Assembly: GCA_965248355.1 (NCBI GenBank)
Contig: OZ252098.1
Location: 2,944,001-3,008,000, forward strand
DNA length: 64,000 bases
Direction: 5' to 3'
From: Candidatus Latescibacterota bacterium
GTDB taxonomy: Bacteria > Latescibacterota > UBA2968 > UBA8231
Shown: one piece after another, positions 46,797 through 57,189 of the stretch
Position numbering within the stretch: position 1 is the first letter of the stretch
Layout: every line of letters starts with the position of its first letter
Notes under the pieces: model-generated
What the model saw: only the letters and a program-made list of their open reading frames with translations
Told to the model about the DNA's origin: nothing
Databases searched by the model: none
Translations under genes and position numbers: made by a program

Positions 46797-48297
46797 CCCG
46801 GTCCCGGGCCTCGGCCCAGTCCTTCTCCAGTCTGCGGGACTTCCTCTTCGACAGGCCGCCCAGGACCTCGACCGCCTCCAGAAGCCGCGCCCGCGTCAGG
46901 TCGATGTCGAGGAGCACCATCGACTCGTAGAGCGGCGGTCCCACGGGCTGCCCCATGACCGCCGCGTAGAGGGGCCGCGTCAGGTCGCGGATCGGCCACT
47001 CCCGGAACGCGGCGACCCCCTTCAAGGCCGCTTCCACCCCCTCCCGGCCCCAGGGCGTCACCTCCGCCAGGGACCAGACGACGCACTGCAGGACCTCGGC
47101 CACCTCCTCCGGGGTCCGCTTCTTCGGCAGCAGGTCCTCCTGGCGCGGCTCCACCCGGCGGGCAAAGAGGAAGGCGCACCTCGGGAGGAAGTCGCCCAGG
47201 GTCTCCATGCGCGGCTGCATGAGCGGCACCAGGCGGCTGAAGGTGTCGTCGTTGAGGGCCCAGTCGCGCAGCGCCGCCAGCAGCTCGCCGGGGCTCAGGT
47301 CCTCGCGGATGTAGCGGCCGTTCAGCCAGCTCAGCTTCTCCAGGTCGAAGACCGAGCCGCCCAGGTTGATGCGCTCCAGTTCGAAACGGCCGGTGAGCTC
47401 GTCGAGGCCGAATTTCTCCTCGTCGCTTCCGTCGTCGGACCGAGCCGGCGGATAGGCCATGAGGGCGAGGTAGTTGAGGACCGCCGCCGGCAGGTATCCG
47501 GCGCGGCGGTAGTAGTCGATCGACGTCGGGTTGCGACGCTTCGACATCTTCGAGCGGTCGGGGTTCAGCAGCAGAGGCAGATGGGCGTGCCGCGGCGGCT
47601 CCCAGCCGAGCCATTCGTAGAGGAGCAGGTGCTTGGGCGTGGAGTTGATCCACTCCTCGCCGCGGATGACGTGGCTGATGCCCATCAGGTGGTCGTCGAC
47701 GACGACCGCCAGGTGGTAGGTGGGGAAGCCGTCCGACTTGAGCAGGACCTGGTCGTCGAGGCCGGCGTGGTCGAAGCGGATCTCGCCGCGCAGCAGGTCG
47801 GGCACGACGCAGGTGCCCTCGCGGGGCGCCTTCATGCGGATGACGCAGGACTCGCCGGCCGTCCGCCGCCGCCGGCCGTCCCCGGGATCGACCTCGCGCT
47901 CGGCCTCGTACGGGGGCGGCTGACCCGCCCTCTGCCCCCCGGCTCTCCAGGCCGCCAGTTGGCCCGGGGTCGCGAAGGAGTAGTAGGCGCGGCCGGCCTC
48001 GACGAGCCCCTCGGCGGCCCCCCGGTAGTGATCGAGGCGCTCGCTCTGCCGGTAGGGGCCCGAGCCGCCGCCCACGTCGGGGCCCTCGTCCCAGTCGAGC
48101 CCCAGCCAGCGAAGGGCCGCGATCAGGCGGCGCTCGTGGTCCGGGTGGGACCGCGAGCGGTCGGTGTCCTCGATGCGCAGGACCAGCCGGCCGCCGTGGC
48201 GGCGGGCGAAGAGGCGGTTGAAGAGGGCGATGTAGGCCGTGCCCAGATGCGGGGCGCCGGTGGGGGACGGGGCGACACGGAGGCGAACGTCGGCCAT
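46777..48297 (-). CDS. gltX: Glutamate--tRNA ligase
   Basis: [34 protein letters not shown]. Confidence 0.96.
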   Translation of the reverse strand: MADVRLRVAPSPTGAPHLGTAYIALFNRLFARRHGGRLVLRIEDTDRSRSHPDHERRLIAALRWLGLDWDEGPDVGGGSGPYRQSERLDHYRGAAEGLVEAGRAYYSFATPGQLAAWRAGGQRAGQPPPYEAEREVDPGDGRRRRTAGESCVIRMKAPREGTCVVPDLLRGEIRFDHAGLDDQVLLKSDGFPTYHLAVVVDDHLMGISHVIRGEEWINSTPKHLLLYEWLGWEPPRHAHLPLLLNPDRSKMSKRRNPTSIDYYRRAGYLPAAVLNYLALMAYPPARSDDGSDEEKFGLDELTGRFELERINLGGSVFDLEKLSWLNGRYIREDLSPGELLAALRDWALNDDTFSRLVPLMQPRMETLGDFLPRCAFLFARRVEPRQEDLLPKKRTPEEVAEVLQCVVWSLAEVTPWGREGVEAALKGVAAFREWPIRDLTRPLYAAVMGQPVGPPLYESMVLLDIDLTRARLLEAVEVLGGLSKRKSRRLEKDWAEARDRVSRPAS

Positions 48298-48596
48298 GGG
48301 CGGGACTCTCGGAAACGATGCAAGTGGTTACTGCGACAGGGGGGATATCAAAGATACCCCCGGCTCGGGGAGGGGCAACGTCCCCCGCTCCGGCGGGTTC
48401 GGGCAGAGGTTGCGTAATTGCAGATATTTCATATTATCAGGTAGAATTGTATCAAGTGAGATTTTCCCTCCCCGGCCGGCCCTCCAGTTCCCCCAGCTTG
48501 CCGCACCCTCAGACCTCGGATCCGCCTCCGCTCCGTCCCGCGCACGCCTTGCGGGACGCTCAGTGCGAGCACGATCAGGAAGGACTCAGTATCGCC

Positions 48597-49859
48597 TTGA
48601 AATTCACGGACCTGGACCTCAAGCCCGAGATCCTGTCGGCCCTCGACGAGATGGGCTACGAAGACATGACGCCCATCCAGGAGCAGGCCATTCCCCAGGT
48701 GCTCGGCGGCCACGATGTGGTCGGCCTGGCCGAGACCGGCTCGGGCAAGACCTCGGCCTGCGCCGTTCCCCTGGTGCACATGACCGACCCGGAGCGCCGG
48801 GTCGTTCAGCACCTGGTCCTGGTGCCGACCCGCGAGCTGGCCCTGCAGTACGTGCAGGAGATCGACGACGTGGCCCGGCACACGGAAGTGGTGCCCTTCG
48901 CCGTCTTCGGCGGCTTCGACATCGGCGTGCAGAAGAGCAAGCTCAACCACGGCGTGCACATCCTCGTGGCCACGCCGGGACGGCTCATCGACCTGATCTG
49001 GAACACCCGGATCGACCTGCAGCAGGTGCGCACGGTGGTCCTCGACGAGGCCGACGAGATGCTCGACATGGGCTTCATCGAGGACGTGGACTTCATCCTC
49101 GCCTGCCTGCTGCAGGAGCACACGGTGCTGCTGTGGTCGGCGACCATGCCTCCCGAGATCGAGAAGCTCACCGCCAAGTACCTCAAGCAGCCGGTGAAGG
49201 TCGAGCTGAACGCCGACCAGCGCGCTCCGCGTTCGCTGCAGCACCACTTCCTGCACGTGCGCGGGGACCGCGTCGACTCGCTCACCGACTTCCTCTCCGT
49301 CGAGGAGGGGGTGGACCAGGTGATCGTGTTCTGCAACTCCCGCGACAAGGGGGGGGAGCTGTACCGGAAATTCCGCCGCTCCTTCCGCTCGGTGGAGTAC
49401 ATCCACGGCGGCCTCGACCAGGACCGGCGCACCTCGATCTTCGGCCGCTTCAAGGGGCGGGAGATCAAGTACATGATCGCCACCGACGTGGCCGGTCGCG
49501 GCCTCGACTTCACCAACGTGAGCCACGTGGTCAACTTCGACTTCCCCTTCAACCCCGAGATCTATGCCCATCGCACGGGGCGCACGGGGCGCATGGGCCG
49601 CATCGGCATCGCCCTGACCCTGGTCACCGACCGCGACCTGGGCAACCTGAAGCGCATCGTCAATGCGCGGGAGATCGAGCCCCGGTGGCGCGGCCACGAG
49701 CCGGACCTGAAAGCGGTTCGATCCGGCGGACGGGGCGGGCGGCGCAGGGGGACGGGCCAGGGCCGGGGGCCCGGCGGCCGGCGACAGGAGCATCACGGCC
49801 CCCCGCACCATCGCGAGCACCACCCCGGCGGCCGGGGCGCCGCCCGAGGCTCGCGCTAG
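48597..49859 (+). CDS. DEAD-box RNA helicase
   Basis: Q motif TPIQ, AETGSGKT, PTRELA, DEAD, SAT, HRTGRTGR; RG-rich tail; TTG start (in-frame ATC at 48591 is an alternative). Confidence 0.93.
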   Translation: MKFTDLDLKPEILSALDEMGYEDMTPIQEQAIPQVLGGHDVVGLAETGSGKTSACAVPLVHMTDPERRVVQHLVLVPTRELALQYVQEIDDVARHTEVVPFAVFGGFDIGVQKSKLNHGVHILVATPGRLIDLIWNTRIDLQQVRTVVLDEADEMLDMGFIEDVDFILACLLQEHTVLLWSATMPPEIEKLTAKYLKQPVKVELNADQRAPRSLQHHFLHVRGDRVDSLTDFLSVEEGVDQVIVFCNSRDKGGELYRKFRRSFRSVEYIHGGLDQDRRTSIFGRFKGREIKYMIATDVAGRGLDFTNVSHVVNFDFPFNPEIYAHRTGRTGRMGRIGIALTLVTDRDLGNLKRIVNAREIEPRWRGHEPDLKAVRSGGRGGRRRGTGQGRGPGGRRQEHHGPPHHREHHPGGRGAARGSR

Positions 49860-50077
49860 TTCCTGGGCCGCCGTATCTTCGCCACGGCGGCCCTCTCCCC
49901 GCACAAACTCCCCTCCCCGGCGGCCCGTCCCACGGCCGGACCGGCAGCGCCCGACCCATCCTCCCCGAGGTTCCCCCGCCCGCTCCGGCCTCCATGGCGG
50001 GCGCCACGCCGAGGGGCCCGGACCCTCCCTTGGCCTGCCCGCATGCGGGCGGAGACTCGACGACGACGGACCCGCGA

Positions 50078-51937
50078 ATGACGACGACGCATCCGGACCT
50101 GTTCACCCCCCCGGCGCGCAAGGCCGCCGGTAACGGCGCCAACGGTTACGACGAGAGCACGATCCGCACGCTTTCGTCCCTCGAGCACATCCGCCTGCGC
50201 ACGGGGATGTACATCGGCCGTCTCGGCGACGGCTCCGATCCCGACGACGGCATCTACGTGCTGCTCAAGGAGGTGATCGACAACGCCGTGGACGAGTTCC
50301 TCATGGGCCACGGGCGCAAGGTGGAGGTGGAGATCGACGACGACGGCGGCGTGCGGGTCCGCGACTACGGATCCGGCATCCCCCTGGGCAAGCTCGTGGA
50401 GTGCGTCTCGGTGATCAACACGGGAGCGAAGTACAACGACGACGTCTACCGGTTCTCGGTGGGCCTGAACGGCGTCGGCACGAAGGCGGTGAACGCCCTC
50501 TCCCGCCGTTTCCGCGTCGTCTCCTATCGCGGCGGCCGCTACGCCGAGGCGGTCTTCGCGGCGGGCGACCTCAAGAAGGAGACGAAGAGGGGATCGGCCG
50601 CCGGCGTGCCCGACGGCACCCTGGTGGAGTTCCTCCCGGACCCCGAGATCTTCGAGGCCTACGACTACGACCTGGGGTTCGTCGAGCGCCGGCTGTGGAA
50701 CTACGCCTGCCTCAACCGCGGGCTGACCCTGGTCCTCAACGGCCGCTCCTTCACCTCGAAGAAGGGGCTCCTCGACCTGCTGCAGCGGGAGGTGGGCGCC
50801 TCCGAGGAGGGGGTGGCCTACGAGCCCGCCCACCACGCCGGCGAGCATCTCGAGTTCGCCTTCACCCACGTGGACGGCTACGGCGAGACCTACTGGTCCT
50901 TCGTCAACGGCCAGTACACCTCCGACGGCGGCACCCATCAGTCCGCCTTTCGCGAGGGCCTGCTGAAGGGGGTGAACGAGTTCTACCGCAAGAGCTTCAA
51001 CGGCGTCGACGTGCGCGAGGGCATCGCCGGCGCCGTGGCCGTGCGGCTGAAGGACCCGGTCTTCGAATCGCAGACCAAGAACAAGCTGGGCAACACCGAC
51101 ATCCGCGGCTGGATGGTGACCGACGTGAAAGCGGCGGTGGCCGACTTCCTGCACAAGAACCGGGACGCCGCCGGGGCCCTGGAGGCGCGCATTCTCAACA
51201 ACGAGAAGCTGCGCAAGGACCTGAACGCCGTGAAGAAGGAGGCCAAGGAGAACGCCCGGAAGATCTCGATCAAGAACCCGAACCTGCGCGACTGCAAGTA
51301 CCACCTGGGCCACCGCAAGCACGGCGACGAATCGACCCTCTTCATCACCGAGGGCCAGTCGGCGGCCGGCTCGATCGTCTCCTCCCGCGATCCGAACACG
51401 CAGGCCATCTTCGTCATGACCGGCAAGCCCCAGAACGCCTTCGGCCGCAGCAAGGCCGCCGTCTACAAGAACGAGCTGCTCTACAACCTGATGATGGCCC
51501 TCGGCGTGGAGGACGGCATCGAGGGCCTGCGCTACAACCGCGTCGTGCTGGCCACCGACGCCGACGTGGACGGCTTCCACATCCGCAATCTCCTGCTCAC
51601 CTTCTTCCTCACGTACTTCGAGGAACTGGTCGTGGCCGGCCACATCTACATCCTCGAGACGCCCCTCTTCCGCGTGCGCAACAAGAAGGAGACCCGCTAC
51701 TGCTATTCCGAGAAGGAGCGGGACCAGGCGCTCAAGGCGCTGAAGGGCCCCGAGGTGACCCGCTTCAAGGGGCTGGGCGAGATCTCGCCGAAGGAGTTCG
51801 GACGGTTCATCGGAGAGAAGATGAAGCTGGTGAAGACGAGCATCGAGAAGATGTCGGACGTTCACCAGACGCTGGAGTTCTACATGGGGAAGAACACGCC
51901 CGAGCGCCGCGAGTACATCATGGAGCAAATGGTGTGA
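50078..51937 (+). CDS. parE: DNA topoisomerase IV subunit B (short type IIA B subunit)
   Basis: EHIRLRTGMYIG, EVIDNAVDE, GLNGVG, TEGQSA, ATDADVDG, RFKGLGE. Confidence 0.9.
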   Translation: MTTTHPDLFTPPARKAAGNGANGYDESTIRTLSSLEHIRLRTGMYIGRLGDGSDPDDGIYVLLKEVIDNAVDEFLMGHGRKVEVEIDDDGGVRVRDYGSGIPLGKLVECVSVINTGAKYNDDVYRFSVGLNGVGTKAVNALSRRFRVVSYRGGRYAEAVFAAGDLKKETKRGSAAGVPDGTLVEFLPDPEIFEAYDYDLGFVERRLWNYACLNRGLTLVLNGRSFTSKKGLLDLLQREVGASEEGVAYEPAHHAGEHLEFAFTHVDGYGETYWSFVNGQYTSDGGTHQSAFREGLLKGVNEFYRKSFNGVDVREGIAGAVAVRLKDPVFESQTKNKLGNTDIRGWMVTDVKAAVADFLHKNRDAAGALEARILNNEKLRKDLNAVKKEAKENARKISIKNPNLRDCKYHLGHRKHGDESTLFITEGQSAAGSIVSSRDPNTQAIFVMTGKPQNAFGRSKAAVYKNELLYNLMMALGVEDGIEGLRYNRVVLATDADVDGFHIRNLLLTFFLTYFEELVVAGHIYILETPLFRVRNKKETRYCYSEKERDQALKALKGPEVTRFKGLGEISPKEFGRFIGEKMKLVKTSIEKMSDVHQTLEFYMGKNTPERREYIMEQMV

Positions 51938-51978
51938 CCGCCGCCGCCCTGGCGGGCCGTCTCTGAGGGAAGAACGCC

Positions 51979-53865
51979 GTGGCCTACATCCGGCAGATCT
52001 ACGACAGGAACTTCATCGAGTACTCCTCCTACGCCATCAAGGAGCGGGCCATCCCGCACCTGGAGGACGGGCTCAAGCCGGTGCAGCGCCGGATCCTGCA
52101 CACCCTCCACGAGATCGACGACGGGCGTTTCCACAAGGTGGCCAATGTGGTGGGCCAGTGCATGCGCTATCACCCCCACGGGGAGGCGTCGATCTTCTCG
52201 GCCCTGATCGTGCTGGCCAACAAGGACCTGGCCATCGACCGGCAGGGCAACTTCGGGAACATCTACACGGGCGACATGGCCTCGGCGGCCCGCTACATCG
52301 AGTGCCGGCTCACCGACATGGCACGGCAGGTGATCTTCGATCCGAAGGTCACGGAGTACGTCGACTCCTACGACGGCCGCAACCGGGAGCCGGTGGTGCT
52401 GCCGGTTCGCATTCCCCTGCTGCTGGCTCAAGGGGCCGAGGGCATCGCCCCCACCATGGCGACCAGGATCCTTCCCCACAACCTGATCGAGCTCCTCGAG
52501 GCCCAGGTGGCCTTCATGAGGGACGAGCCCTTCCAGGTGCTTCCCGACTTTCCCACGGGCGGCCTGGTGGACGCCTCCGGGTACGAGGACGGCAACGGCC
52601 GGGTCCTGGTGCGGGCCCGGCTCGACGTCTCGGACGAGAAGCGCATCGTCGTCCGCGACATCCCCTACGGCTGCACCACCGAGACCCTGATCGCCTCCAT
52701 CGAGGACGCGGCCCGCAAGAACAAGGTGAAGGTCGCCGCCATCCACGACTTCACCGCCGAGAAGGTGGAGATCGAGATCAAGCTGCCGCGCGGGGTCTAC
52801 GCCGCCGACGTGGTGGACGCCTTGTACGCCTTCACCGACTGCGAGACGTCGATCTCCGTGAACCTTCTCGTCATCGACGGCGAGCTGCCGCGGATCATGT
52901 CGGTCACCGAGGTCCTGCGCCACAACGTCGACCGCCTCGTGGACATCCTCCGGGCGCAGCTGCGGGTCGAGGAGCAGGAGGTGGCCGACCGCCTCCACGC
53001 CCGGACCCTGGAACGGATCTTCATCGAGCACCGCATCTACCAGGCGATCGAGCAGGAGCGCACCCAGGAGGGGGTGGAGCGGGCGGTTCTCGAGGGGCTG
53101 GCTCCGCACCGGGAGAGCATCGGCCGGGAGGTCACCGGCGAGGACGTGGAGGCCCTGCTGCGCATCCCCATCCGGCGGATCTCCCTCTACGACATGGAGC
53201 GGTCCGCGCGGGAGATGCGCGAGCTGACGGCGCGGCTCAAGCAGATCCGCCTCCACCTGCAGGAGATCGTGGCCTACGCCATCGGCTACCTGGAGGACCT
53301 CATCGAGACCTGCCGGGAGGCCTTCCCCCGGCGCACGGAGATCACCTCCTTCGAGCGCGTGGAGGCGCGCGAGGCCGCCAAGCGCGACCTGCGTCTGTGC
53401 TACGACCGGGCCGCGGGCTACCTGGGGCACCAGGTGGCGGGGGGGCACGTGGCCGACGTCTCCCCCTACGACCGCGTCCTCGTGATCCGCGCCGACGGCA
53501 CCTACTCGGTGATCGACGTGCCGGACAAGCTCTTCGTCGGCAAGGGCATGGCCTACGCCGGCCTCCCAGACAAGGAGCAGGTCTTCACCGCCCTCTTCCG
53601 CGACGCCGGGGGCGGCACCTGCATCAAGCGCTGCCGCATCGACTCCTACATCCTCAACCGCACCTACAGCCTGGTGCCGGAGGGGGCGAAGCTGCTCAAG
53701 CTCACCACCGACGAGGAAGCCACCATGGAGCTGGTCTACAAGCCGAAGCCGCGGCTGCGGGTGCTCGAGGAGAGCTTCGCCGTCGCCGACTACCCGGTGC
53801 GGGGCCAGCGGGCCGGCGGCATCCGCCTGAGCCGCAAGGAGCTCAAGTCGGTGCGGGTGGGATGA
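51979..53865 (+). CDS. parC: DNA topoisomerase IV subunit A
   Basis: RAIPHLEDGLKPVQRR, YHPHG, ARYIE; short C-terminal domain without a GyrA-box. Confidence 0.88.
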   Translation: MAYIRQIYDRNFIEYSSYAIKERAIPHLEDGLKPVQRRILHTLHEIDDGRFHKVANVVGQCMRYHPHGEASIFSALIVLANKDLAIDRQGNFGNIYTGDMASAARYIECRLTDMARQVIFDPKVTEYVDSYDGRNREPVVLPVRIPLLLAQGAEGIAPTMATRILPHNLIELLEAQVAFMRDEPFQVLPDFPTGGLVDASGYEDGNGRVLVRARLDVSDEKRIVVRDIPYGCTTETLIASIEDAARKNKVKVAAIHDFTAEKVEIEIKLPRGVYAADVVDALYAFTDCETSISVNLLVIDGELPRIMSVTEVLRHNVDRLVDILRAQLRVEEQEVADRLHARTLERIFIEHRIYQAIEQERTQEGVERAVLEGLAPHRESIGREVTGEDVEALLRIPIRRISLYDMERSAREMRELTARLKQIRLHLQEIVAYAIGYLEDLIETCREAFPRRTEITSFERVEAREAAKRDLRLCYDRAAGYLGHQVAGGHVADVSPYDRVLVIRADGTYSVIDVPDKLFVGKGMAYAGLPDKEQVFTALFRDAGGGTCIKRCRIDSYILNRTYSLVPEGAKLLKLTTDEEATMELVYKPKPRLRVLEESFAVADYPVRGQRAGGIRLSRKELKSVRVG

Positions 53866-55724
53866 TGAACTGGGATCTGACCAGCTACTTCCCCCGCTTC
53901 GACGGGCTGGAGATGCGCGACTTCCAGCGCGCCCTGGCCGAGGATCTGGCGGCCCTGGTGACACGCGCCGGGGCCCTGCCGACGCTGAGCGCAGGCAACG
54001 CCTCCGCCTGGGAGTCCGTGCTCCTCGACGGGGAGGCCCTTTCGCGCCGCCTCCATCACCTGGGCTCCTACCTCGGCTGCCTGACCGCCGCCGCCGCCGG
54101 GAACGAGGCCTACAAGAAGGCGGAGGCCGCCTTCGCCCGGATCGAGGCGGAGGCCGAGAAGCTCGAGGTCGAGCTGCAGCGCGGGCTCAAGGAGACGGGC
54201 GCCGCCGCCCTCGAAGGGCTGGCCCGCCGCCCCGCCCTCGACGGCTGCGCCTACTACCTGCGGCGGCTGCGCGAGGAGGCCCGGCGGACCATGAGTCCGG
54301 CCGAGGAGCGTCTGTCCGCCGATCTCGGCGTCGACGGCATCCACGCCTGGGGCCGCCTCTACGACACTCTGTCCGGAAAGCTCCAATTCGACATGGAGTG
54401 GCCCGACGGCCGCACCGAGCGCCTGCCCATGGCCCAGAGACGCTCCCTCATGTCCCATCCCGACCGCGCCGTGCGCCGCGCCGCCTTCGACGGCGGCAAC
54501 GCCGCCTGGGAGGCCGTGCAGGACGTGACCGGGGCGGCCATCAACGCCATCGCCGGCGCGCGCCTGACCCTGAACCGCCACCGCGGCGTCGACCACTTCC
54601 TGGACACCGCCCTGTTCCAGGCCAGGATCACGAGGCGCTCCCTGGAGGCCCTGTTCGAGGCGATCTACGACCGCGCCGAGCTGGCGCGCCGCGTCTTCCG
54701 CTTCAAGGCCCGGGCCATGGGCGCGCCCGGCGTCGCCTGGTACGACCTGGAGGCGCCGCTGCCGGCCGCCGGCGAGGAGAGGTCCCTCTCCTGGGAGGAG
54801 GCCCACTCGTGGGTGCGGCAGGCCTTCGCCGCCGCCTACCCGGCCCTCGGGGAGTTCATGGGGCAGATGGTCGAGCGCCGCTGGATCGAGTGGGAGCCCC
54901 GGCCCGGCAAGCGGCCGGGGGCGTTCTGCACCGGCTCGCTGCTGACCATGGAGCCGCGGGTCTACATGAGCTTCAACGGCCGCCTCGGGGACGTGCGCAC
55001 GCTGGCCCACGAGGCCGGTCACGCCTTCCACCACCACGTCCTGCGGCGGAGCCGTCCGGTCCTGCACGACTACCCGATGACCCTGGCCGAGTCGGCCTCC
55101 ACCTTCGGCGAGATGATCCTCACCGAGGGCGTCCTCGGCGATCCCGCGGTCAGCGACGAGGACAAGCTCCGCGTCCTCGACATGGAGGCCGCCCACGGCG
55201 CCGTCTACCTCATGGACATCCCGGTGCGCTTCGAGTTCGAGAAGGCCTTTCACGAGGAGCGCCTGGAGGAGGAGGTCGAGATCAGCCGCCTGTGCGGGCT
55301 GATGGCGCAGACCCAGCGCCGACTCTTCGGTGACGCCCTGGAGGAGGGCGGCGAGGACCCCCTGTTCTGGGCCTCCAAGCTGCACTTCTACATCACCGGC
55401 CTGACCTTCTACAACTTCCCCTACACCTTCGGCTTCCTGCTCAGCCGCGGGCTCTTCGCCCGCTTCCGCGAGGAGGGCGCCGCTTTCCTGCCCCGCTACG
55501 AGGACTTCCTGCGGCGCGCGGGAGCGGACACGGCCGAGAACGTGGCCCGGGAGTCGATCGGCGCCGACCTGGAGTCTACCGGCTTCTGGCTGGAGGCCAT
55601 CGACACCCTGCGGGAGCCGATCGAGCGGCTGGAGGACCTGTGGTCGCGGCAGGCGCCGCGGCCGGCACCCGCCGCCGGCGGGGCCGAGTCGCTGCCGGGG
55701 GCTCCCGGGCGGGAACCCCGCTGA
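53862..55724 (+). CDS. pepF: Oligoendopeptidase F (M3B)
   Basis: MNWDL start, TLAHEAGHAFH, LAESAS, FYNFPYTFG. Confidence 0.92.
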   Translation: MMNWDLTSYFPRFDGLEMRDFQRALAEDLAALVTRAGALPTLSAGNASAWESVLLDGEALSRRLHHLGSYLGCLTAAAAGNEAYKKAEAAFARIEAEAEKLEVELQRGLKETGAAALEGLARRPALDGCAYYLRRLREEARRTMSPAEERLSADLGVDGIHAWGRLYDTLSGKLQFDMEWPDGRTERLPMAQRRSLMSHPDRAVRRAAFDGGNAAWEAVQDVTGAAINAIAGARLTLNRHRGVDHFLDTALFQARITRRSLEALFEAIYDRAELARRVFRFKARAMGAPGVAWYDLEAPLPAAGEERSLSWEEAHSWVRQAFAAAYPALGEFMGQMVERRWIEWEPRPGKRPGAFCTGSLLTMEPRVYMSFNGRLGDVRTLAHEAGHAFHHHVLRRSRPVLHDYPMTLAESASTFGEMILTEGVLGDPAVSDEDKLRVLDMEAAHGAVYLMDIPVRFEFEKAFHEERLEEEVEISRLCGLMAQTQRRLFGDALEEGGEDPLFWASKLHFYITGLTFYNFPYTFGFLLSRGLFARFREEGAAFLPRYEDFLRRAGADTAENVARESIGADLESTGFWLEAIDTLREPIERLEDLWSRQAPRPAPAAGGAESLPGAPGREPR

Positions 55725-55727
55725 ACC

Positions 55728-56573
55728 TCAGTTGCGGGAGAACTCTCCGAGCACCTCTCCGCAGTGGTCGCGCAGCTTCGCCAGGGCGCGGTTGCGCAGT
55801 TGGCGGACGCGCTCGCGGGTGACGCCCAGGGAGTCGCCGATCTCCTCGAGGGTCATGGGCTCGGCGTCGCCGAGGCCGAAGTAGGCGCGCACGATCTCCT
55901 TCTCGCGCTCGTCGAGCAGGCTCAGGCACGACGACAGCCGGTCGCACATCTCGGCCTCCTCGTAGCGGTCGTCGATGGCGGCCTGGGGCGCCGCGTACAG
56001 GGACAGCAGGGGCGCGGCGTCGCCGGGGTAGGCGGGCGCGTCGAAGGACAGGTCCTGCTGGCTCACGCTCATGGCGTTGCGGGTGCGCTCGGCGCTGATG
56101 TCGACGCGCTCGGCGATCTCGGCGCTGGTGGGCGCGCGGCCGAGGCTCTGGGCGAGCTGTCCCGCTTCCCGCTCGATCTTCTGCAGGTCGTTGATCTGGC
56201 TCATGGGGGGCCGCGCGATGCGGCCCTGCTGGGCCAGGGCCTTGAGGATGGCCTGCCGGATCCACCACACCGCGTAGGTGATGAACTTGAACCCCCGGGT
56301 CTCGTCGAAACGCTTCACCGCTTCGAGGAGGCCCACGTTGCCCTCGGAGATCAGCTCCGCGAGGGAGAGGCCGTAGTCCTTGTAGTCGCGGGCGACGCTG
56401 ACCACGAAGCGCAGGTTGGCCTCGATGATCCGCTGTCGGGCCCCCTCGTCGCCCACGCGCAGGCGCGCGAACAGCTGGACCTCGCGCTCGCGGCTGAGGG
56501 GCTTCGTGTCCTTGATCTCGCGCCAGTAGAGCTCGGCTGCGTCCGTGGTGCTCGTGGACCTGCTGGCGGTCAT
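55728..56573 (-). CDS. RpoD/RpoS-like sigma-70 factor lacking region 1.1
   Basis: ANLRFVVSVA, ELISEGNVGL, FITYAVWWIRQAI, TLEEIG, VTRERVRQL. Confidence 0.93.
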   Translation of the reverse strand: MTASRSTSTTDAAELYWREIKDTKPLSREREVQLFARLRVGDEGARQRIIEANLRFVVSVARDYKDYGLSLAELISEGNVGLLEAVKRFDETRGFKFITYAVWWIRQAILKALAQQGRIARPPMSQINDLQKIEREAGQLAQSLGRAPTSAEIAERVDISAERTRNAMSVSQQDLSFDAPAYPGDAAPLLSLYAAPQAAIDDRYEEAEMCDRLSSCLSLLDEREKEIVRAYFGLGDAEPMTLEEIGDSLGVTRERVRQLRNRALAKLRDHCGEVLGEFSRN

Positions 56574-56593
56574 TGCGCGCTCCGGCGGATTCA

Positions 56594-56618
56594 ACCTTAA
56601 CGTGAACGTAAAGGTCAA
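56594..56618 (-). promoter_or_regulatory. MerR-type dyad operator overlapping a TTGACC -35 element
   Basis: Minus strand TTGACC-TTTACGTTCACGTTAAGGT-TGAATC; dyad ACCTT-N12-AAGGT. Confidence 0.55.
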
Positions 56619-56689
56619 GGATAGGGGGGCTGCCGAACAGTGGCAAGCCTTCTGCCACCCCAGTTGGACGCCCAAGCGGGCGGATCGGT

Positions 56690-57136
56690 TCACTCCGAGT
56701 CCGGGCGTCTCCGGAGGCCCTTTTTCCGGGAGTGGCGCGTCTTGGCCTCGCGGCGGCGGGCGATCGCCGCCCGGCCCGGCCTCGTCTGCCGCCGCCGGGG
56801 GGCGGGAGGACGCAGGGCTTCCGCCATGAGGGCGCGGAACCGCTCGATGCAGTCCAGGCGGTTGCGGCTCTGGGAGCGGTGCCGGGAGGAGGCGACCACG
56901 AGCTGGCCGGCGCGGTTGAGACGGGGGCCGAGGCGGGCCAGTGCGCGCCGGCGCAGGTCGACGGGCAGGCAGGGGCAGGCCGGCACGTCGAAGCGCAACT
57001 CGACGCGGGTGTTGACCTTGTTCACGTGCTGGCCGCCGGGGCCGGGACTGCGGGCGAAGGAGAAGCGCAGCTCGGAGAGAGGGATGCGGACGCCCTCCGG
57101 CAGCTCGATCGCGTTGCGGGTCTGGAGAGGCTCCAT
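56690..57136 (-). CDS. arfB: Alternative ribosome rescue peptidyl-tRNA hydrolase
   Basis: GPGGQHVNKV, RSQSRNR, basic C-terminal tail. Confidence 0.93.
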   Translation of the reverse strand: MEPLQTRNAIELPEGVRIPLSELRFSFARSPGPGGQHVNKVNTRVELRFDVPACPCLPVDLRRRALARLGPRLNRAGQLVVASSRHRSQSRNRLDCIERFRALMAEALRPPAPRRRQTRPGRAAIARRREAKTRHSRKKGLRRRPDSE

Positions 57137-57189
57137 GAGCGGTCCTTATACTACCGGACCCCGAACGTCGACGACAGAGAGGGACCTCC

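Noticed and set aside
48239..55724. 1232-aa and 1188-aa ORFs as fusions
   Set aside because: Their N-terminal halves are shadow frames of the DEAD helicase and parC; true starts are 50078 and 53862.
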